NCBI GenBank assembly: GCA_034440375.1
Contig: JAWXBZ010000238.1
Location: 1 to 11,265, forward strand
Source of the DNA: Candidatus Eiseniibacteriota bacterium
GTDB taxonomy: Bacteria > Eisenbacteria > RBG-16-71-46 > JABDJR01 > JAWXBZ01
Direction of reading: 5' to 3'
DNA length: 11,265 nt
Below the pieces are notes generated by a model. That model was not told where the DNA came from, ran no database searches, and was given only the letters and a program-made list of their open reading frames with translations. Shown piece after piece: positions 6,801 to 11,265 of the stretch. How positions within the stretch are numbered: position 1 is the first letter of the stretch; each line of letters starts with the position of its first letter. Position numbers and translations under genes: made by a program.

Positions 6801-7833
6801 CGATCTCTCCAACCTGGTCGGCGCGCAGTTCGGCGATCCCTCCGGCGAGGGACTGATCCTGAATGATGATGGGGTTCCGACCATTTTCATCGACTCGATT
6901 TCGGCCAACGAGGGGAATGCCGGCCCGACGCTCTTCCAGTTCAGCGTTACCCTCTCGAATCCGACAGACCAGACGGTCATGGTGCAATATCAGACGAATG
7001 ACGTCACCGCCACGCTGGCCGACAGTGACTACCTGGCGGCTTCCGGCACGCTGACGTTTCCGCCGAAGACGTTGCTTCAGACGGTGGAGGTCCAGGTGGT
7101 CGGCGACATCTGCGGTGAATCCGACGAGGATTTCATCGTGACCCTCTTCAATCCCAGCGGGGCCGTCATCGGCGCGGGAGCCGGCCTTGGGATGATTCTG
7201 AACGATGACGAGGATGTCGATCCCTCGGTCGCTGTCCTGTATCCCAACGCGGGCGAAATCCTCCAGGTGGGGACGGACGTCACCCTTCAGTGGAACGCCA
7301 GCGACAACAATGTCGTCACCGGCGTGGATCTGCTCCTCTCGCGCGACGGCGGCGCCACCTTCCCCGAGGTGCTGGCGTCGAATATCCCGAACACCGGCAG
7401 CTTTCTCTGGACCGTCACCGGGCCACCCTCGGTCATTGCCGAGGAGGTTCTGCTGGTGCGGGCCAGTGACGCCAACTGCAATGTCGGCAGTGACGTCTCC
7501 GACGTTCCGTTCCAGATCGTGGTTCCAACCTCGGCCGTGCCGGGGACCGTTGGCATCTCCAGTCTCGCGCTCGGCGCCATACGCCCGAATCCGTCTCGCG
7601 GTGCCACCCGCATTGAATTCCAGGTGCCGCGCGAGGCCCGGATCCGGATCAGCGTCGTCGACCTGCAGGGGCGCGAAGTGGCGATCCTCACCGATGCATC
7701 ATTCAGCCCCGGCCGATATGAGACGACCTGGGATGGATCGACCAGTCGCGGCCCGGCGGCCATGGGCGTCTACTTCGTCCGGGCGCAGGGGGACGGCGAG
7801 GTCATCACGCAGCGGTTGGTGATCTCGCGGTAA
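3802..7833 (+). CDS. Large secreted modular protein, 1343 aa: signal peptide, uncharacterised RWGDY-type propeller-like domain, Ig-like domain, 4 x Calx-beta, Kre9/KNH1-like Ig domain, FlgD-Ig/T9SS-CTD-like C-terminus
   Basis: Signal peptide MLLNRRPFLFVATMATLVALFLPSMAAA. Motifs PPDGMGAIGP, SDPRIRYDRLTGRWF, DYPTLG, RWGDYS. VTVINPDGQS Ig-like strand. Four Calx-beta units. VLYPNAGEILQVG...LSRDGGATF...NTGSFLWTV. Tail PNPSRGATRIEF...VVDLQGREV...WDG...GVYFVR. AGGGAG SD and strong GC3 codon bias in this frame. Confidence 0.93.
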   Translation: MLLNRRPFLFVATMATLVALFLPSMAAAVDEPIAGIPAAGAPGISETINQIMDRELNAPRLDTDGKDMESELVQPDRTGLPQNPASPKVEQMPELPPGFEGEAAPGISPFSPQTVGTSFTGATLFGTNPTFSLPPDGMGAIGPTQYVVFVNGRLVTFNKTTGIADGVLNADPNVFFSSVINGSSTSDPRIRYDRLTGRWFLVIINVSTPNRILLAVSDAASSGTISGGTVFTFFFIDISATPPAISNTCLADYPTLGLDNNALYIGTNNFCGSPQTFNSTDGYVVRKSSILGAGPIVLTVFRGLVATSASAGPYTPQGVDNNSPSANEGYFIGVDNATFGTLMMRRVSSPGGTPTISANISITTPSTSFPENVPHLGNTGGTNGRLSALDDRLFAAQIRNGRLWTAHNIEVNASGVASTTGSRNGSRWYELNVPVGTGTPTIVQSGTIFDPAATNAGYYWIPSVLVSGQGHAAFGMSHAGNNARANAATVGRLAGDALGTTQTPVLYTASATAYNPASDPGGSGGRRWGDYSYTSLDPIDDMTMWTVQEFCDATNSYGVRVAKLIAPPPATPSSIPDVTAGANPVNVTLTGLVVSGSGFYDPGANLPGVPAFNHLAVTISNGLATGTPPTVISATYVNPTTVSLVLNASAATASIGAERYRVTVINPDGQSVSGDILKVIGGTPSVSLAPAPIQPETNAGLASFNFTVNLSATTANPVTVNYQTSDGSATVADDDYVAATSFIIIPANTPSGIITISVKGDTKHEPLETFTLTLTGTTNATLGTPVAAAAGIQNDDAIPTIEIAPGVLLPEGNAGLSGTVLLVTLSNPSSSTVSASFQTSDGSAMISDGDYPSSMGQVSFPPGTVSAPIVVQATGDTKFENDETYLVTLSSPVNGTIGNAVGVVTIENDDVPPVISINDVQIAEGDAGITLFLFTVSLSEPSGLPASVDFTTNEGTATLANNDFNSLAGNLNFPPGLTSQPVGIHVNGDVTQESNETFTVDLSNLVGAQFGDPSGEGLILNDDGVPTIFIDSISANEGNAGPTLFQFSVTLSNPTDQTVMVQYQTNDVTATLADSDYLAASGTLTFPPKTLLQTVEVQVVGDICGESDEDFIVTLFNPSGAVIGAGAGLGMILNDDEDVDPSVAVLYPNAGEILQVGTDVTLQWNASDNNVVTGVDLLLSRDGGATFPEVLASNIPNTGSFLWTVTGPPSVIAEEVLLVRASDANCNVGSDVSDVPFQIVVPTSAVPGTVGISSLALGAIRPNPSRGATRIEFQVPREARIRISVVDLQGREVAILTDASFSPGRYETTWDGSTSRGPAAMGVYFVRAQGDGEVITQRLVISR
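5851..7209 (+). repeat. Four tandem Calx-beta domains (about 113-115 aa each)
   Basis: Units start at about 5851, 6196, 6538 and 6877 (periods 345, 342, 339 nt). Each has E(G/T)(N/D)AG...V.LS...V.(Y/F).T.(D/E)..A.....D(Y/F)...GD...E..E.(F/Y).(V/L).L and ends in I.NDD. Confidence 0.9.
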
Positions 7834-7860
7834 CCGACGATTTCATGACGCAACGATAGG

Positions 7861-7896
7861 GGAAGGCGGGTCGGCCGTGCGGTCGGCCCGCCTTTT
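7861..7896 (+). terminator. Intrinsic terminator for the 1343-aa protein gene
   Basis: AAGGCGGGTCGGCC / GGTCGGCCCGCCTT stem around a GTGC loop, ending in TTTT (7893-7896), 28 nt after the TAA. The two non-Watson-Crick positions are G-U wobbles only on the + strand, which fixes the orientation. Confidence 0.7.
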
Positions 7897-7976
7897 GGTC
7901 ACGAGTGGCGGATCATGACTCAAAACCCGCCAACCCCGCCGTCCGCACGATGAGAGCGCCCGGCCCGCGTCGCGTA

Positions 7977-8735
7977 CTAATTCAACAACAGGGCCTTGAT
8001 CCCGGTCCAGGTGGATGGGAGGACCGGCACGACACTGCGGGGGCACATGGTGAAGCGCCTTGTCCGCGTGGTGCTGCCGGACATGCCGGCCAGTGCACCG
8101 CCCGGCTTGCCGACGAAATCGATCCGGTACTGGATGTCGAAGAAGCTGGAGGTGGCCCATTGGCCGGCCGACGTGACGAGCTGCGCCTGGCCCGGAGAAG
8201 GCATGCCGAAATCCCCGCCGCCGGTGATCCGCAGCAGATCGAAATCGGGATCGCCTGTGACCTGCCCACTGAGTCGTTCGAGATCGCCCAGCACATTCTG
8301 CACCGCTGCGTTGGCGACGCGCGGCGACCAGCTGATCCGCTGTGCGCCGAACGGCAGCGGTACCGGGATTACGCGGTTGAATCCGAGCAGCGCACCGGTA
8401 CCCGTCATCGTCATGGTCATGATGGCACTGAAATCGCTGCGGGTACCCGCCAGCGTGCCACCGACAAACTCGGTGACGTTGTTGAAAAATCCGTACGTGG
8501 CGGAGATCTGGATCGTGGTGCCCAATGGCAACCCGTCGACGATCTCCCCGCTACCGACATAAAGACAGGTGCCGTCGGCGACCGTCGGTGGCAGGGTTGC
8601 CGTGCCGGTGCCGTTGTCCGGCGAGAGGCAGCATTCGTCCGCCTGGGCACGGACGTTCGATGCGGACAATCCAAGGGCCAACAGAGTGGCGAGCGTGACA
8701 AGGGACAGGCGGATGCGTCGTAGCGATGCTGACAT
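7977..8735 (-). CDS. Secreted hypothetical protein, 252 aa, with an SFFDI-type beta-rich domain and a C-terminal 'PSTWTGIKALL' tag
   Basis: Sec-type signal peptide MSASLRRIRLSLVTLATLLALGLSASNVRA. Core motifs PDNGTGTATLPP, GDPDFDLLRITGG.DFGMPSPG, SSFFDIQYRIDFVG.PGG.LAGMSGSTT. GAGGA SD 10 nt before the ATG. It fits exactly between the convergent terminator and the divergent pnt promoter region. Confidence 0.85.
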   Translation of the reverse strand: MSASLRRIRLSLVTLATLLALGLSASNVRAQADECCLSPDNGTGTATLPPTVADGTCLYVGSGEIVDGLPLGTTIQISATYGFFNNVTEFVGGTLAGTRSDFSAIMTMTMTGTGALLGFNRVIPVPLPFGAQRISWSPRVANAAVQNVLGDLERLSGQVTGDPDFDLLRITGGGDFGMPSPGQAQLVTSAGQWATSSFFDIQYRIDFVGKPGGALAGMSGSTTRTRRFTMCPRSVVPVLPSTWTGIKALLLN

Positions 8736-8789
8736 GGACAGGGCATCCTCAGGGATCAGGATCGGACGGAGATAGGGCCGGACACCGCA

Positions 8790-8795
8790 TATAAT
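8790..8795 (+). promoter_or_regulatory. Perfect -10 hexamer TATAAT, candidate promoter element for pntAB
   Basis: TATAAT in an AT-enriched patch of the 145-nt divergent intergenic region. No good -35 at 17 nt (CGGAGA). The opposite strand has an overlapping TACATT that could serve the minus-strand gene. Confidence 0.35.
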
Positions 8796-8880
8796 GTAGC
8801 GCAGACGATGAGCAATACCGCAAAATTTTCACCGGCTGCCCCTAGGATTCGGGGCCCTGAGCGGCTACCCTGTTGCCCCG

Positions 8881-10476
8881 ATGAAACTTGCCATCCCTCG
8901 CGAAATCCATGCCGGCGAACGCCGTGTCGCCGCGACGCCGGAAACGACCGGGCGACTGACAAAGCTCGGCTTCGAGGTCCTCGTCGAGTCGGGCGCCGGT
9001 CTGGCCTGCTCGTTCGAGAATGCCGTGTACGAGAAGGCCGGCGCCCGAATCGTTGCTGACCCTCTGGCCCTGTGGGCCGAGGCCGACCTGGTGCTGAAGG
9101 TTCAACCCCCCGAGATGAACATGAGGCTCGGCGTTCACGAAGCCGATCTGATCAAGGAATCGGCCGCGCTGATCAGCTTTGTCTGGCCGGCCAAGAACAA
9201 GGACCTGATCGACCGGCTGGCGGCTCGCCGCGCCACGCTCATCGCCATGGACCAGGTGCCGCGCATCACGCGCGCCCAGAAGATCGACGCGCTGAGTTCG
9301 ATGGCCAACATCGCGGGGTATCGCGCGGTCATCGAGGCGGCCAGCTTCTTCGGGCGATTCTTCACCGGCCAGATGACGGCCGCGGGGAAGGTGCCGCCGG
9401 CCCGCGTCTTCGTGATCGGCGCCGGTGTGGCGGGACTGGCGGCCATCGGTGCCGCGCGCGGCCTCGGCGCCATCGTGCGCGCCTTCGACACGCGGCCGGC
9501 GGTGCGGGAGCAGATCCAGAGCATGGGCGCCGAATTCGTTCCGCTCGAGCTGGAGGAGGACGGGAGCGGTGAAGGTGGCTACGCCCGCGAGATGAGCCCG
9601 GCGTTCATCGCCGCGGAAATGGCACTCATCGGGGCCCAGGCCCGCGACGTGGACATCATCATCACAACCGCGATGATTCCTGGCAAGCCGGCCCCGCGAT
9701 TGATCACCGAGGAAATGGTGAAGTCGATGAAGCCCGGCTCGGTCATTGTCGACCTGGCCGCCGAGGCCGGTGGAAACTGTGCCCTGACGCAACCAGGCGT
9801 CGTCACCGTGCAGCACAACGTGACGATCATCGGTTATGTCGATCTGCCGAGCCGGCTGGCGCCAACGGCCAGCCAGCTGTACGGCAGCAACCTGGTGAAT
9901 CTGCTGACCGACATGGGCGGCTCCGCCAACTGGCGAGTCGATGAAACCGATGCGGTGGTGAGGCCGGCACTGGTGCTCAAGAACGGCAAACTCCTCTGGC
10001 CACCGCCCCCAACTACCACGGCGGGCACGCCCGCCGTGGCCGCACCCGCCACCGCACCCAGTCCCGCGGCCGCCGCCGTATCCACCAGCGCTCACACCGC
10101 AACCAAAAAATCCAAAAAATCCGGCGCAGCCGGTTCCGGCTCCCGTCTGTTAGTCACTCTCGCCATCCTCGGCGCCGCCCTCTTAGGACTTGGCGCCGTC
10201 GCCCCCGGCGAGTTCGTCTCGCATCTCACCGTTTTCGTGCTGGCCTGTTTCGTCGGCTGGCAGGTGATCTGGAAGGTGACGCCGGCTCTTCACACCCCGC
10301 TCATGAGCGTGACCAATGCCATCAGCGGCATCATCGTCATCGGCGGCATGCTCCAGCTCGAGTCGCCGTCGGGGTTGGTGCGCGGGCTTGGCGCCGCCGC
10401 GGTCCTCGTGGCCACGATCAACATCGCCGGTGGTTTCCTCGTGACGCAGCGAATGCTCGCGATGTTCCGGAAATAG
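8881..10476 (+). CDS. pntA: Proton-translocating NAD(P)+ transhydrogenase subunit alpha (single-chain, E. coli-type), 531 aa
   Basis: [51 protein letters not shown] (NAD-binding), GEGGYA mobile loop, [11 protein letters not shown], and membrane part [18 protein letters not shown]...[19 protein letters not shown]. Confidence 0.98.
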   Translation: MKLAIPREIHAGERRVAATPETTGRLTKLGFEVLVESGAGLACSFENAVYEKAGARIVADPLALWAEADLVLKVQPPEMNMRLGVHEADLIKESAALISFVWPAKNKDLIDRLAARRATLIAMDQVPRITRAQKIDALSSMANIAGYRAVIEAASFFGRFFTGQMTAAGKVPPARVFVIGAGVAGLAAIGAARGLGAIVRAFDTRPAVREQIQSMGAEFVPLELEEDGSGEGGYAREMSPAFIAAEMALIGAQARDVDIIITTAMIPGKPAPRLITEEMVKSMKPGSVIVDLAAEAGGNCALTQPGVVTVQHNVTIIGYVDLPSRLAPTASQLYGSNLVNLLTDMGGSANWRVDETDAVVRPALVLKNGKLLWPPPPTTTAGTPAVAAPATAPSPAAAAVSTSAHTATKKSKKSGAAGSGSRLLVTLAILGAALLGLGAVAPGEFVSHLTVFVLACFVGWQVIWKVTPALHTPLMSVTNAISGIIVIGGMLQLESPSGLVRGLGAAAVLVATINIAGGFLVTQRMLAMFRK

Positions 10477-10479
10477 CCG

Positions 10480-11265
10480 ATGAACCTGCCTGAGAGTCTC
10501 ACCCCCGCCGCCTACCTCCTGGCCGCCGTGCTGTTCATCATGAGCCTGGGGGGCCTGTCGACCCAGGTCAACGCGCGACGCGGCAACCTGCTCGGCATCT
10601 TCGGCATGATCCTGGCCGTCGGCATCACGGCACTGACTTTCAAAGCGGCCAGTTTGCCGGTCTTTTTGGGCGTGGTGACCCTCGCCACAGTTGCGGGTGC
10701 CCTCCTTGCGGCCCGCGTGTCGATGACATCCATGCCCGAACTGGTGGCCATCCTGCACAGCTTTGTCGGCCTTGCCGCCATCCTTGTCGGCATTGCGAGC
10801 CACCTCGATCCAGCGATCGATCGGATCGGCGTCGAGCTGGCCATTCACCGCGTCGAAGTTTTCCTCGGCGTCTTCGTCGGGGCCATCACCTTCACCGGAT
10901 CGATCGTGGCTTTTGGCAAGCTCAAGGGGCTGATCCGCAGCAAGCCGCTGATCCTGCCGGGGCGCCATCTGCTGAACCTCGGCGCGCTCCTGGCTTCCCT
11001 GCTTCTCGGTGCCCGGTTTCTCGCCTCCGCCGATCCGCATGGCGGGGTCGGCTCGTTGCTTGTCATGGCAGGGCTGGCCGGATTTCTCGGCATCCACATG
11101 GTCATGGCCATCGGCGGCGCCGACATGCCGGTGGTGGTGTCGGTGCTGAACAGCTACTCCGGGTGGGCCGCGGCCGCGGCTGGATTCATGCTCGGCAATG
11201 ATCTGTTGATCGTGACGGGCGCGCTCGTCGGATCAAGCGGCGCCATTCTCTCCATCATCATGTGC
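10480..11265 (+). CDS. pntB: NAD(P)+ transhydrogenase subunit beta, N-terminal 262 codons (runs off the window; absent from the ORF track)
   Basis: Manual translation from ATG 10480: MNLPESLTPAAYLLAAVLFIMSLGGLS...ARRGNLLGIFGM...MTSMPELVAILHSFVGLAA...GAITFTGSIVAFGKL...AIGGADMPVVVSVLNSYSGWAAAAAGFMLGNDLLIVTGALVGSSGAILSIIMC. Proton-channel His and Asn equivalents are present. Only 3 nt (CCG) separate it from the pntA TAG. Confidence 0.97.
   Translation, partial: MNLPESLTPAAYLLAAVLFIMSLGGLSTQVNARRGNLLGIFGMILAVGITALTFKAASLPVFLGVVTLATVAGALLAARVSMTSMPELVAILHSFVGLAAILVGIASHLDPAIDRIGVELAIHRVEVFLGVFVGAITFTGSIVAFGKLKGLIRSKPLILPGRHLLNLGALLASLLLGARFLASADPHGGVGSLLVMAGLAGFLGIHMVMAIGGADMPVVVSVLNSYSGWAAAAAGFMLGNDLLIVTGALVGSSGAILSIIMC

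Noticed and set aside
5851-7209. Periodic sequence as a CRISPR array, DGR repeat pair or mobile-element repeat
   Set aside because: The periodicity is in-frame, protein-level and diverged (Calx-beta). There are no identical short repeats with spacers and no reverse transcriptase, transposase or cas gene in the window.
7906-7932. Second hairpin TGGCGG...CCGCCA as a terminator for the minus-strand 252-aa gene
   Set aside because: Only a 6-8-bp stem with an 11-nt loop and no following U-tract; too weak to call.
7905-8723. 272-aa and 188-aa plus-strand ORFs
   Set aside because: Antisense to the 252-aa gene, which has a signal peptide, SD and recognisable motifs.
8866-8883. Leaderless transcription of pntA from TACCCT
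   Set aside because: The hexamer is 9 nt from the ATG, longer than typical for leaderless starts, and has no supporting -35.
8842-10095. 417-aa minus-strand ORF (and the 304-aa ORF at 10183-11097)
   Set aside because: Antisense to the unambiguous pntA/pntB genes; typical stop-free shadow frames in GC-rich DNA.

Overview
GC-rich bacterial DNA with six protein-coding genes and no recognisable RNA gene, CRISPR array or mobile element. (1) A minus-strand pair: a membrane-anchored Hanks-type Ser/Thr kinase with about 12 TolB/PD40-like propeller blades (909-3578), whose stop overlaps (ATGA) the start of an atypical class I SAM methyltransferase (79-912). The kinase appears to start at a non-canonical CTG behind a strong AAGGAGGT Shine-Dalgarno, since the first in-frame ATG lies inside the glycine-rich loop. 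(2) A divergent 1343-aa secreted modular protein (3802-7833): an uncharacterised 'RWGDY' propeller-like domain, an Ig-like domain, four Calx-beta repeats, a Kre9/KNH1-like Ig domain and a FlgD-Ig/T9SS-CTD-like tail. (3) A convergent 252-aa secreted protein (7977-8735) ending in VPVLPSTWTGIKALLLN, a variant of the recurrent 'PxTWGxIKxL' C-terminal tag, a candidate uncharacterised sorting signal. (4) The pntA-pntB transhydrogenase genes (pntB truncated by the window end). The motif mix suggests an FCB-adjacent candidate phylum such as Eisenbacteria, Krumholzibacteriota or Latescibacterota (inference only). The best novelty leads are the two different C-terminal sorting tags, the CTG-initiated kinase and its coupling to a methyltransferase lacking the glycine motif.
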